Numbered from the stretch's first letter, positions 51,796 through 64,000 are shown. The stretch: DNA of 64,000 nucleotides from Neoconidiobolus thromboides FSU 785 (GCA_025603075.1 MU626334.1:28921-92920); one strand, 5' to 3'. The notes: generated from the letters alone by a model not told the origin. Numbers and translations are program-made.

Positions 51796-52245
51796 AATAC
51801 ATAAATTTATCATATTTTATAGATCGTTTATATTTCTATTAAAAATCAGATTATAGTTTTTTTAATTAAAATAAGTTATTTATTATCTGCAACAGTAAAT
51901 CTTTTCATTGTCCTGTAAATGACAATTGTTTATCACTAAAAGTTTTAATAACGTTCCAATTTTATATCATTATTTTTTGTCTAAAGCAGATTAAGGCTTT
52001 TACAGCTCCCTTGTGACTTACTTAACTATTCATTTAAGAATCAACATTTTCTAGAAAGTTTAAAATCTCATGATAATGTCTTAAAAACTAGTTAGTTAGG
52101 TAGTTAATTATAAAAATTATCACAAATCAGATTAAAGTTGAGCTGTAACAAGAGTACTAAATTAAATTTGTCCATAAATACCCAGGTTTTATTTTATTAA
52201 AAATCGATCAAGACCCAGGATATTTTCAATCAAATTCTATTCAAC

Positions 52246-52350
52246 ATATGAGGATATATTTTCTTAAGAATTTTACTAATAATCTTTCTACTCAAATAGC
52301 ACTTTAAGAAATAGAAAATGTGATGAAGCCCAAAAAAAACATCCTCATAT
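52246..52350 (-). mobile_element. MITE copy, TSD ATAT/ATAT
   Basis: ATAT-GAGGATATATTTTCTTAAGAATTTTAC...AAAAAAAACATCCTC-ATAT. Confidence 0.9.
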
Positions 52351-53038
52351 TATGTTTCTTAAAAAATAGAGTCCGATTAGACTAAAAGTAGTATAAAGTA
52401 TACAAATAGAAACTATCCATTTTAAATCCACCATTATAATTCTAAAGTAAAAGAAGAACCCTTTTAGTTTCATAAATCAAAAATATCAATAATACTAATA
52501 CAATTAGAAACTAGAACATAAAAAAATTACAAGAACTTTAAATAATTTTATGCCAGAAATTTATTGGTAAATTTAAGCCAATTAATAAAATTGATTGAAA
52601 ATTGGGGCCTATGCAAATTAATAAATTATTCATAATTCCTATTTAAAATCGTAAATTGACTAAATTTTTTAATTGTATATAGTTAACTAATAATATTCAA
52701 TAGTATGAATAATACTACTATTGTTTAGCTGTTTTATAATTATTAAATATATATTATTGCCATTGTTGAATAATATCATCATTAATGATGATGTATATTT
52801 CTAAGTTTATTAATAATAAGATTAATAGTCACATTATTTTCAAGGATAATTCAACCAAAATATATTTTAGATTTGATTGGTTTAATTTATTGATATGATT
52901 GGGTTATTGCCATTTATCTGATGCTAACTATTAACTAAATAAGTAATAACCCCTAAATTTCCACCATATTTAAATAAATAGAAATTGAATTGAAGTTGAA
53001 TTTATTTTTTATCAATTTATTTTATAATCTTATTTCAA

Positions 53039-53474
53039 ATGGTAATTTTAATTTGTATATATTAAATTAATAGCTTGTTTTTTTAATTTACTAATACCAA
53101 ACTAACTGATTGTTTTTCAATACATATAGACAATAGCCACTCGCTCTCATTTAAGTATAGAACAAGAAATCAAAAGAGAAAATTTGATTCAAGAAGATAA
53201 TTTTGAATTACAAGAACTTCAGCAAAAATATTATGGATTATGGAAGATGGAAGATTTGGAACAAGTAATTGATTTACCTTATTTATCCATACCCGATAAG
53301 AAACAACGTTGTTTTGACCTAAAAAATGCGCCTACTTATTTTCCTACAGAACTTGAGTTTAAAGATCCAACGAAATATATAGCTTCCATTAAACAAGAAG
53401 CGGAGCAATTTGGTATTTGTAAAATTATACCACCAAAATCATTTCAACCTAGTTTTTCATTAGATTTAAAGGTA

Positions 53475-53506
<32 letters not shown>

Positions 53507-55912
53507 TCTTATTAGTTTTATTAATGAATTTTATTATTTTTGTTATTTATTAATTTATTTATTATTATTTAGAATTTTAAATTTAATTCAAGAAGTCAAC
53601 AATTAAATTCAATAAGTGCTAAAAATCATGAAAGATTAAATTTTATTAATAATATTAAACAATTTCACTATCAATATGGTAAAGTTATGGACCATGAATT
53701 AACTTTATTTCATAAACCAATAGATCTTTATTTTTTAAGTCAACAAGTTAAGTTCCTTGGTGGTAGAAATAAAGTAAGTTATTTTAATAATATATGTTTT
53801 ATTTTAATACTTTATTTTTACATTTAATAATAATATTAATTTATCTAGATATGTGAAAAAAAATTATATGGTCAATTAGCACGTAATTTGGGTTATGATG
53901 TTAAAGTTCATCCCTCTATATCAAGTGCAGTTAAAGCATTTTATGATACTTGGTTATACCCATATGATCAATATATTAATACTAAAATGGGTAATAACAA
54001 CAATAACACTAATAATAATAGTAAAAAGAGAGTTAAATTAAGTGAAAATCGTAAAGAAGAAAAAGAAAATTCATGTGTTTTATGTACTTGTAATTCAAAA
54101 CTAAATGAAATAATACAATGTACAGAATGCAATTTAAATTGTCATTTTACTTGTTTAATACCACAAATGAATAAAAAACCAGAAGGTGAATTTTATTGTT
54201 CAACATGTATTAAATTAAGAGAAATTGATATTGGATTTGAAGAAGGAGATAGTTACACATTAGAACAATTTAAATTGAGAGCGGATACATTTAAAAGAAA
54301 ATATTTTGAAGATTTATATAAAAATAATAAAATCAATAAGCCCTTTGATCAATTTACATTACAAGAAAGGGAAAGTATTGCAGAAATAGAATTTTGGAAT
54401 CTAGTTAATAATCCAATCTCACAAATTGAAGTTGAATATGGTGCTGATTTACCAGCTTCTTATTTTGGTTCTGGTTTTCCAACAAAAGAAAAAGAGCCTC
54501 ATGATAAATTATCTGAAAATCCATGGAATTTAAATATATTACCTACGTTACCAACTTCTATGTTTTCTCATTTAAATACTAGTATCTCTGGAATGACAGT
54601 CCCTTGGCTTTACGTTGGTATGTGTTTTTCTACTTTTTGTTGGCATAATGAAGATCATTATGCTTATTCATTAAATTATCAACATTGGGGAGATACTAAA
54701 ACTTGGTATGGTATACCTGGATTAGCAGCTAATCAATTTGAAATGGCTATGAAAAAAGAAGTACCTAATTTATTTGAAAGACATCCCAACGTATTATCTC
54801 ATTTAGCACTTACTATATCCCCTGATGTATTATTAAGACATCAAGTACCTGTGTATTCTGTTGATCAACGACCTGGTGAATTTGTAGTTACATTTCCAAA
54901 AGCTTATCATGCTGGTTTTAATCAAGGTTTGAATTTTAATGAAGCAGTTAATTTTGCACCTTTAGATTGGTCTAAATTTGGGTTTGAATGTATCGAAAGA
55001 TATTCTAAATTTAAAATTGCTCCTATTTTTAGTCATGAACAATTAATTATTAAAACAGCTCAAAAACCGAGTAATTTACAACAAGCAAAAGATTTAATAG
55101 AGATGTTAAAAGAATTAATGAATAAGGAGATTCAATTAAGAAAAAAAATTAAAAGAATAATTATATTAGAAAAAGAAGAGAGTTATCCATTAAATCAAGA
55201 AATTGTTGTAAAAAATTGTGCTTTTTGTAATGTACCTTGTTATTTATCTTATATTCAATGTACTTGTGATAAAAAGGAAATTATTAGTTGTAGTGAACAT
55301 ATGTCCTGTATTTGTAACTGTCGATTATTGGAACGTCAATTAATTATTAAAGTAACAATTGAACAAATTCAACAAATAATTTATCAATTAAAGAACTATC
55401 CAATTAAAGAATCAGAATGGAAGTTGAAATATCAACAAATAATGATGAAAAATTATTTACCACCATTAACAGAAATTGAAATATTAATTGAAGAAATTCC
55501 AATAAACGGAAATTATAGTGAAGAAATTGAATATTTAAAATTATGTTTAAATGAATGTTATATATTTCGAGAATTAGCTAAAGCTATTTTAAAACCAAAA
55601 GCATGTTCACCAAGATCTTTATTAGTACCTAATAAAAATCAAAATCAACTAAGTTATTTAAAAGAATTAATTGTAAAAAGTAAACAATTAAAATTTGATT
55701 TTGTAGAAATTCAATTAGTTTTAAATTTAAACAAAGAAATTGAAAAGATTGAATTAGAAGTTAAAGAGATTCAAAAAATGATGGAAAATAACATTAAAGT
55801 AGATAAGGAGCAGTTGAAAATGTTGAAACAAAAATTAGATCAAATTCCATTTTTTATTCAAGAAAAAACAATAATAGAAAATTTAAGTTTAAAATTTAAT
55901 AATGAATTTTAA
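53039..55912 (+). CDS. KDM5: KDM5/JARID1-type H3K4 demethylase (JmjN, ARID, PHD, JmjC, C5HC2), 4 exons (53039..53041, 53130..53471, 53573..53773, 53849..55912)
   Basis: Jmj[27 protein letters not shown]; [15 protein letters not shown]; PHD CVLC..CTEC..HFTC..FYCSTC; Jmj[34 protein letters not shown]; C5HC2 CAFC..CTC..SCSEH. Confidence 0.93.
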
Positions 55913-56138
55913 GTGTATTAATAAGAGTTTAAGTTTTAAATTATTGGGGGTATATTATTTAATAATAAAAGTAAAGTAGAATATGAATATAGTAAGGATA
56001 TAGTTTAATTGAATATAATAAGAAGATATTATTAAATTGATGAGAATATATTATTTTAAAGATTATTTTTAATTTTGAGTGTTTTAATTTATAATAAAAA
56101 ATAAAAAAATAAATAAAAAGGGAAATAAAATAGTTCTT

Positions 56139-56204
56139 GTTTTTTATTTTTTATTTTTTATTTTTTATTTTTTATTTTTTATTTTTTATTTTTTATTTTT
56201 TATT
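56139..56204. repeat. (TTTTTTA)n heptamer tandem array between the convergent KDM5 and RAX2 3' ends
   Basis: About nine consecutive TTTTTTA units. Confidence 0.8.
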
Positions 56205-56240
56205 ATTTTTTTAATAAAATAATATTTAATTTAATTTAAT

Positions 56241-57352
56241 TTAATTTAATGTCTTATTATCTAATATAGGTGAAGAATTAGATAATAAAGGAATTTCGAC
56301 AGAATGATTTAATATATTTGATTTAAATTTTAAATATAATAATAATAAACCAATTGAAACAAGAGATAATATTAATAATAAAGAAATAGCTAAAGATATT
56401 AAAATAATTAAACTTAAAGGTAAATATTCTCTTTGTTTTAAATAATAAGGTAATGGTAAGTAAAAATTTAAATTTCCTAATATTAATTGATTCTCTTTAC
56501 TTATTGTTGTACTAGTTAAATAAGGTATCCATTGATTTCCATCATAAATTGCAGCTGAACATAAACCATAATGATCTAAATTTAATTGACCTGAAATTAA
56601 TAATGTATATTCTTTTGGCCATAATTTGTTATATTGATTTTGTATATTATTAATATTATTATTTGTTATTGTTGATAGTGATATTGTTGTATTTAATAAA
56701 GGTAATAATAAAGGTAAATTTAATGATTTACTTTTATTGATACCATTACTTAATAAAACTAAATTATCAGTTCTATTAAACCAAGCTAAATAAGTAGAAT
56801 ATTCTTCTTCTTGTAATTGTTGTTGTAGTAATAGTTGTTGTTGTTGTTGTCGTTGTTGTTGTTGCTTATTTTCATATTGTTTTCCTACTAAAAAATAACC
56901 TGAAGAAACAATATCAAAACTTAAATCTAAAATATCTCCTTTAAATTTAATATCCAAATTTAGCCATTTTTGATTATTATTATCTAATTTAATAATTCTG
57001 GTTTGATTATTAATATCTTTTACTATTAAAGTCATATCATTAAAATTTAAATCATTAATTATTTTAATAACTTGAGTGATTTCATTTGGTAATTCAATTT
57101 CTAAATCAATCCATTGTTTTAAATCCATATCCATCAAACATATATTTTTACAATGTTTCATACCTTCTATTGAATCAAATTGACCTCCAATTGCTATATT
57201 TTGACTATTTTTTATACGTTGAATACTATTGATTTTAATATTATTTCCTCGAATCATTGGTATTGTATAATCAAAATCCTTATTAATTAAAGAATAAATT
57301 AAAAATGAAGAAGTAGAAGAAGTAGAAGAAGTAGAGGTAGGAGTAAGTAATA

Positions 57353-57430
<78 letters not shown>

Positions 57431-60145
57431 CTAATAAATTACCAGTAATAAATAAATCATTATCTGTTAAATAAATTTGATTAATAAATTGATTTTTAAT
57501 ATTAATATTAATCCACTGTTCATCTTTTAATATAAAAATACCTTGTTGATTATGAATTTTAAAATTAGTAGCTAATACTATTAAATTATTATTATTTAAA
57601 TTTAATTCATTAACTGTTGTTATTGATTGCTGTTGATTTAATGATATTAAATTATTAGTATTGTTATTTAAATTAGGTAAATTTATAAATTGTCCATTTG
57701 AATTAAATTTAACTAGTCCATTTGAATTGATCTATTAATTTTAATTTTAGTTAATATTATTAATATCAATATTACTGTTATTATTATATTTACCTGTTCT
57801 ACTTTATTTATATCACCTAAAATTAATGTAATATTCTTTTTATAATAAGGAATAAAATAATTTAATTTACTAAAAATAATGAGATTAATAACAATAAAAT
57901 AATAATATAATTAAGTTACTTACCCAAAAATAAATGGTAAATTAATTTGATTATTTAAACTTAATGTATTATTTTTATCTACATTAAAATTTAAATAAGA
58001 TTGAATATTATTATTATTATTATTATTATTTATAATTGAATAATTGGAGTTTATAAATAATTGATTATTAACTTTATTAATATTATAAATATCATTAAAT
58101 AAAACATTATTATTTAATAAATTAAACTGTTGTAAATTAAAATTATAATATGTTAAATTTTTAATTTGTGAATTATTTAATTGAAATGGTCCATAACATA
58201 ATAATATTTCATTATTCATTAATTCAATTTGTTGAATATATCCTTTATTATTATTATTATTATTATTGTTATCTTCTTTTTTAATAATTAATTCATAATT
58301 TGTTTGATTATCACCTTTGATTAATAATGGTTGGTTAAATTGATCTTTACCAGCTAATATAATCTCATTCTCCTTATATTTTATTACATCATAAATTGTA
58401 TAATTATTTTGATTATTATTTTGATTAATCCATGTATAAAGTTGATCATTAATAGTATTGTTTAATAAATTATAACTTAATAAACCATTTAAATTATTAT
58501 TGCTATTTAATTTAACTATTTTAATAGAATCAAATAAAAAATCTAGTTTATTATTATTATTATTATTACTTAATATTAATTGATAATTTTTATTTTTTAA
58601 AAATTGATCTTCAATTAATAAATAATTTAAATTATTCTCATTCTTATTATTAAATTGAATTGTTTTTTTTTCATTATTAAATTGAATATTTAGTTGTTGA
58701 ATACATGTAACTTCATTATAATAACAAGGTCCTAATTTTAAATAAATTTGATATTTACCTGATTGTTGTAATTTAAATTGAATATTCAATGAATTTTTAT
58801 TATTGGATTTACTACTTAAATAATAATCTTTAGTATTATTATTGTAATGTTGAATACTCCATTTTCCAATTCTTTCTATTTGATAATAATTATTATTATT
58901 ACATAATTCTCTATTATTTTTATCTTCATTGTCTTCTTCATTATTATCTTCATTACTATCTTCACTATTACTATTATTATTATTATATTGATTGTATTTA
59001 ATAATTTGATCTTTTGTAAATAATCGAACACTTTTTAAACCCATAGCCTGATTATAACTTTCCAATAAATGAATTTCAATTCCTGATAATTGAAAATTTT
59101 CTTTTGAATTAATAAAAAACACTTGCTCCTTATTATTATTATCTAATATACATTTATCTTTACAAATATTAAATGTATTATTATTATTATTATTATTATT
59201 ATATTTTAATTCTAATAATTGATTATTTGGTATGGAATAAATTTGAAATGATTTTGTTGAATATTGATTATTTAATAATAAATTAACTAATTTAATACTT
59301 AATAATTCTGTTTCATAACCCCATTCTAAACGAATATAACCTACTTGTCCATTCATTAAACTAATACCTAATTGGTTATTACATGGACTTGTATTAACTA
59401 ATTGATTTAAACTTGAATTTGTTGATTTACCACCAATTTTAATTTGTTCTTTATTCAATATTAATTCATTTAAATACGGATAACCTTGTTGAATACTATC
59501 TAAAGTAGACTGAAATTCACCAGCCATTAATATTTCATTGGAATTTAATAACAATAATTTATTAACTTGTCCATTCAAACCAAGAAAATCAAATGGATTT
59601 ATAGAATATATATTCTCTTTTAGTTGTAATTTCACTATATTATTAATAGTCTTTTGATTTTTATAATTGAGTTGAAATTTTCCAGCTAAATATAATTCAT
59701 GTTGATGGCATTTAATATCATTGATTTCTCCATTAAAATCCTTTAATAAATATTCTATTTTGTTTGTATCATCTAAATCAATTTTCATTATTCCATATTG
59801 TTCATTATCTTTATAAATATCTCCAGTTAAATATAATTGATTAGTATTATTTACTTCATTAATACAATAATTTGTTATCTTAGTTTGACTATTGAATTTG
59901 ATATTTTGTTGTAGATTAGTATTATTATTATTATTGTTATCAGTTGATAATATTGTATTATTAAGTGTATTATTATATAAATAAATTCCATATCCTGAAT
60001 TATTATCATTTAATAAATTAGGTTCATTAATTACATTACTTAATCCAATAAAATTCCCATAAATACCAATCTCTTTCAAAGCGGCTTGATTCAATTGAAA
60101 CCCTATCGTTATGTGTATTAAGAAATAAAAATAAAGAAGTAGCAT
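56241..60145 (-). CDS. RAX2: Rax2-like type I membrane polarity protein, 3 exons (57924..60145, 57794..57869, 56241..57731)
   Basis: Signal peptide then IGIYGNFIGLS; repeated YLAGKF/LMAGEF/AIGGQF beta-propeller blades; SGKYQIY..GPC....C; C-terminal TM LPLSLIILISLAISLLLILSLVSIGLLLLY. The manual exon joins stay in frame. Confidence 0.8.
57353..57430. repeat. (TTA)n microsatellite encoding poly-Asn in RAX2
   Basis: About 26 uninterrupted TTA/AAT triplets inside the reconstructed exon. Confidence 0.9.
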
Positions 60146-60683
60146 CTTATTAAAAAGAAATAGAATGTTAAATAGTTTAATTAAGAAATAATAACAATCT
60201 AAAAATTGTTATTTTTTACTAAGTTCCCCTCTCTTTTTTTTGAGAGTGTTTTTTTCTTCTCCACATTTTTACTTTATTGGTACAAATTGTTGATACTTTT
60301 TATTATAACTTACAGAGTTTATTGGTGGATTCTTGAATGAATGTTCAAGTTAATGTTCAAACGTTACATTAATTGCTAATTATTTTAAAATTAACATGTG
60401 GTTGATTAAATTGTCATAATCGAAGTAAAATTATTAATAGACTTTATAAAATTTAAATTAAACTTTTATTTATTATATATAGTTATTAAATTATATTTAT
60501 TTTAGCAAAAAGCATTTAATAAAAAAAAAAGCATTATTTTCGAATTCAAATTCAAATTCAAATTCAAATTCAATATCGCATAAATACTAATAATCCCATG
60601 TATAAAAAATCTAATAAGAACTTAATAAAAACTTAAGCTAAAAATAAAGTAATCATTCGATTTTTATTTAAGAAAAAGAGAAA

Positions 60684-61190
60684 ATGAATAATAATAAATT
60701 TGAAAAAGGGTTACCAGTAAAAGTCGAAAAGGTAGATGGTAGCAATTTACGTATCTTAATCATTCATGCTCGTTGGAATGAAGGTATTATTTCAAACTTA
60801 AAACAAGGTGCTATTGATACACTTGTTAATGTACACAACGTCCAATCCAGTAACATCGTAATCAAAGAAGTACCTGGAGCTTATGAGCTACCATTTGCTT
60901 GTAAAAAACTTATTCAATTATCTCAAAAACATGATGAGCATCCATTTGATGCTGTTATTGCTATTGGCGTATTAATTAAAGGTTCTACTATGCACTTTGA
61001 ATATATTTGTGAAGCAGTAACTCAAGGCATTACTAATGTTGCATTACAAACAAATGTTCCAGTTATCTTTGGGGTATTGACTTGTTTAAGTGATGAACAA
61101 GCTATCCAAAGATCTGATGATAATGTAGGTCATAATCATGGTAAAGATTGGGGCTCTGCTGCAGTGGAGATGAGCTTATTGGGATTATAA
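60684..61190 (+). CDS. RIB4: 6,7-dimethyl-8-ribityllumazine synthase
   Basis: [62 protein letters not shown]. Confidence 0.97.
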   Translation: MNNNKFEKGLPVKVEKVDGSNLRILIIHARWNEGIISNLKQGAIDTLVNVHNVQSSNIVIKEVPGAYELPFACKKLIQLSQKHDEHPFDAVIAIGVLIKGSTMHFEYICEAVTQGITNVALQTNVPVIFGVLTCLSDEQAIQRSDDNVGHNHGKDWGSAAVEMSLLGL

Positions 61191-61221
61191 AAATAAAATA
61201 AAATAAAATAAAATATTATTT

Positions 61222-62268
61222 TTATTGTAGATTTATTGACTCAATTCGATGACCTAATTTATAATATAATTTATCAATTTCAAATTCAATAGTTGAAGTT
61301 TGTTGAGTTAATTTTTCATTATTTAATAGAGATTGTAGAATAGTTTCATTAATTGAAAAAGGTGGTAATGACCAATATAAAGAAGTATGAAATCTTGGAG
61401 GCTATAAAAAATAATTATATTATTAAAAAGGCAATAAATTAGAATATAGATACTTACATCATAAAATGGAGGTTGATTATAAGTTAATAATATAATATTC
61501 ATTTTTTTGGATAATATATTTAATTTTTGATTACTATTGGAACTCGTTTCTAAACTTAAAAATGTACGTGTTTTATCTTCATTTTCAAAATAAGTTAAAT
61601 TATTAAACTGGATAGTAAATCTAATAATATAGTTGATAAATAGTAATAGATTGTAATAAATAACTAAATAAAATACTTACTTATTCATTTCCCTAAATGA
61701 ATATTTTAATTTACTTTCCAATCCTCTCAATTGTTCATATTTAAAAAAACATGTTTTAGATAATGATAAAGTAAAACTATTGATTTCTTTATTAATACAC
61801 ATATTCAAACCTTCCTTATTTCCATATTCTTTACTAAAAACATTATTTGTTTCTTTAGTTAATTTTGAATACCATTGTGAATACTTTATATCAACTGGAA
61901 CTATAATAAGTTATAGATGAGTTATTTTTTTAATTTAAAGATGGAGATGATTAAAATTTACTCTTTAAAAATAAGAAAAAAGACCAATTTCCTTCAATAT
62001 GAGGTATTTTTCTTATCCTACCTTGATGAAAAGTGGGATCAAATGATCTTTCTATAGTTTTTTTTTATAAAAAAAATATTAGTTTTATTTATTTTTCAAA
62101 ATTACTTTTTTTTTCATTATCTTTAATAATAAATTCAGGTAATGGTAACCTTTTAGTGTATAAATATTAGTGAGGTTTCTTTATTGTAATTGAATATAAT
62201 GTTTACTTTTCTTTTTCTACTTTATTTACAGCTTCTTCATTATCACTATCGGAATAATTTACTAACAT
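61222..62268 (-). CDS. USB1: U6 snRNA 3' phosphodiesterase USB1/Mpn1, 6 exons (62207..62268, 62106..62149, 61962..62051, 61681..61900, 61458..61620, 61222..61401)
   Basis: MLVNYSDSD.., DPTFHQGRIRKIPHIEGNW, FTLSLSKT, FENEDKTRTFLSL, PRFHTSLYW, YKLGHRIESINL*; all exon joins stay in frame. Confidence 0.88.
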
Positions 62269-62360
62269 TTTTAATTTATTAAAAATAAATAAAAAAATTC
62301 AATTTTGTTTACATTTGATATTATTTAAAATGATCTTTAATTTTTAAATTCTAAAAATTA

Positions 62361-62432
62361 AGGTCCCACCGAGAATCGAACTCGGATTACAAGGATCAAA
62401 ACCTTGGGTGCTAACCATTACACCATGGAACC
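62361..62432 (-). tRNA. tRNA-Gln(UUG)
   Basis: Reverse complement GGTTCCATGGTGTAATGGTTAGCACCCAAGGTTTTGATCCTTGTAATCCGAGTTCGATTCTCGGTGGGACCT; anticodon stem CAAGG/CCTTG around TT-TTG-AT. Confidence 0.95.
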
Positions 62433-62587
62433 AACAGCTTATTTATTCTATTATTTTTTATAATATTAATGTTAATATTGGAATTTGTATTATTTAATTA
62501 TTAGATTTTAATCTTAATGTATCTTAAATGTTCATCTCCCCTAAATTTTCATTATTCTTAAATAAAAATATGTATTAAATTATTACT

Positions 62588-62693
62588 ATATGGGGATGTA
62601 TTTTTGTGTTTAAGAATTTTACTAACAAATTTTCCACTCAAATAGCGCTTAAAAAATAGAGAGAGTAATGAAACTAAAATAACATTCCCATAT
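62588..62693 (-). mobile_element. MITE copy, TSD ATAT/ATAT
   Basis: ATAT-GGGGATGTATTTTTGTGTTTAAGAATTTTAC...AAAATAACATTCCC-ATAT. Confidence 0.95.
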
Positions 62694-63241
62694 GTATTTT
62701 TCATTTTAATTTCTTATTTTTTCAAATGATAAATTTTTATAAATTTCTTGTATTACTATTTTATTAGACTTAACTTTGATTATCTTGTATCAATCAAGTT
62801 CCCTGTTTTAACAAGAGAATTTTAAACCTTAATATATTAACCTATAAGACTCAAATCAAGTGGTAAGTCCAATGATTTGGATAATTTTAAATTTGACCAT
62901 TTTATGAAAATATAAAGGATAAATTTATTATAAAATTTCAAGGATATGAATTCAAGCTTTCCTTAGTTTAATTAAATTTATAAAAATGACCAAGATAATC
63001 AATTAACCCATCCCATAAGAATCAAATCATTTACTTAATATATCAAATACCATTATATAATTTGATTATATCGATCCATAGTGATATTATTGGCTATAGC
63101 TCCTAAGCTTACAATTACCGAAAATTCAATAAAATGAAATTTTGTAGAAATTTGAAGGTTTGCCCTTTGCTGGTTTGAAGCAGTAAATTAAGGAACTATA
63201 GTTGTCACTTTGATTTTAGAAATAGATAATTAATACTGATA

Positions 63242-64000
63242 ATGGCTAGTACTCTCCATCAAGAACTCTCCAATCTTTCAATTTCAGCTGCTCCAGCTGT
63301 ATCTGAATCTCTTAAAGCCCTTTCTTCCGTTAAAGGTACTGAAGACCTCAAAAAAGCTGCTAATGAAATTGCTGAGTCCATCAAAGCTAATGGCGTTGGT
63401 GCTTTTGCTGCTGATGATCTCCTTGAAAAATTAGACCAAAATACTCTTTCAAAATCATCCGATGTACGTGAAGGTACTCTTTATACTTATACCGCTATTA
63501 TCAATACCGTTGGTCAACCAGCTGAACCATTCATTGTTTCTGTATTAACTAATATCCTCGAATGTCTTTCTGATAAAGTTACTGTTGTTCGTCAAGCTGC
63601 TGATGAAACTGCTAAAGCTCTTATCTCAATCCTTTCTCCAAATTCTGTTAAGGCTATTCTCCCAACTTTATTCGAAGCACTTGAGCTCAACAAGAAATGG
63701 CAAACCAAAGAAGGTTCTCTTAACCTTATTGCTTCTCTTCCAACCATTGCTCATCGTCAAGTACAAGATAACTTAAAAGATATTCTTCCTGTCGTTTCTG
63801 ATGCAATGTGGGATTCTAAACCACAAGTTAAAACTGCTGCTAAAGCTTGTATGACTTCAGTTACTGGATGTGTAGGAAATGGTGATATTGAACCTTTCCT
63901 TCCTCATCTTATTAACTGTATCGCTGATCCAACTCAAGTTCCAGAAACCATTTACAAACTTGGTTCTACCACTTTTGTACGTGCTGTAGAAGCTCCAACT
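63242..64000 (+). CDS. YEF3: Translation elongation factor eEF3, N-terminal HEAT region (runs off the window)
   Basis: Open from ATG 63242 to the window end: AEPFIV..LSDKVTVVRQAA..AILPTLF..KKWQTKEG..PVVSDAMWDSKPQVK..GNGDIEPFLP..VPETIYKLGSTTFVRAVEAPT; ribosomal-protein-like codon bias. Confidence 0.9.
   Translation, partial: MASTLHQELSNLSISAAPAVSESLKALSSVKGTEDLKKAANEIAESIKANGVGAFAADDLLEKLDQNTLSKSSDVREGTLYTYTAIINTVGQPAEPFIVSVLTNILECLSDKVTVVRQAADETAKALISILSPNSVKAILPTLFEALELNKKWQTKEGSLNLIASLPTIAHRQVQDNLKDILPVVSDAMWDSKPQVKTAAKACMTSVTGCVGNGDIEPFLPHLINCIADPTQVPETIYKLGSTTFVRAVEAPT

Noticed and set aside
60543-60573. (AAATTC)x5 upstream of RIB4, between the divergent RAX2 and RIB4 genes
   Set aside because: Simple microsatellite; no evidence of function.
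33-62693. Dispersed repeat family as a CRISPR array or tRNA-derived SINE
   Set aside because: Copies are dispersed, have no regular spacers, carry TIRs and TSDs, and lack Pol III A/B boxes or poly-A tails; the host is a eukaryote.
63585-63776. 63-aa ORF in the track
   Set aside because: Alternative frame inside the eEF3 coding sequence.

Overview
Very AT-rich eukaryotic nuclear DNA with short GT-AG introns. The gene set (SMG1 together with eEF3, Rax2, Ssr4 and a Fungal_trans protein) points to an early-diverging fungus; Zoopagomycota/Entomophthorales-like is inference only. Recognisable genes in order: Nem1/CTDNEP1-type phosphatase, an orphan membrane protein and its disrupted tandem paralog, Ssr4, 3-hydroxyacyl-CoA dehydrogenase, a ~2620-aa SMG1 kinase, a small secreted Lys-rich protein, a gelsolin/villin-repeat protein, a catalytically degenerate CE4 deacetylase homolog, a Fungal_trans protein, a 3xSH3 adaptor, tRNA-Tyr, RPS27, RPL33, a PQ-loop transporter, RPB12, a Clr4/SUV39-type H3K9 methyltransferase pseudogene, KDM5, Rax2, RIB4, USB1, tRNA-Gln and the 5' part of eEF3. 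Several of these are multi-exon and missing from the ORF track; I rebuilt them by hand. The most notable non-genic signal is a ~98-bp miniature inverted-repeat element: 13 full-length and 2 partial or degenerate copies, GGGG..CCCC termini and 4-bp AWWT target-site duplications, Sola-like by inference. One copy splits a gene and six cluster beside the dead H3K9 methyltransferase. Other highlights: a PAM2-like motif at the SMG1 N-terminus, USB1 with its first catalytic His replaced by Thr, and an exon-duplicated [15 protein letters not shown] motif in the SH3 adaptor.
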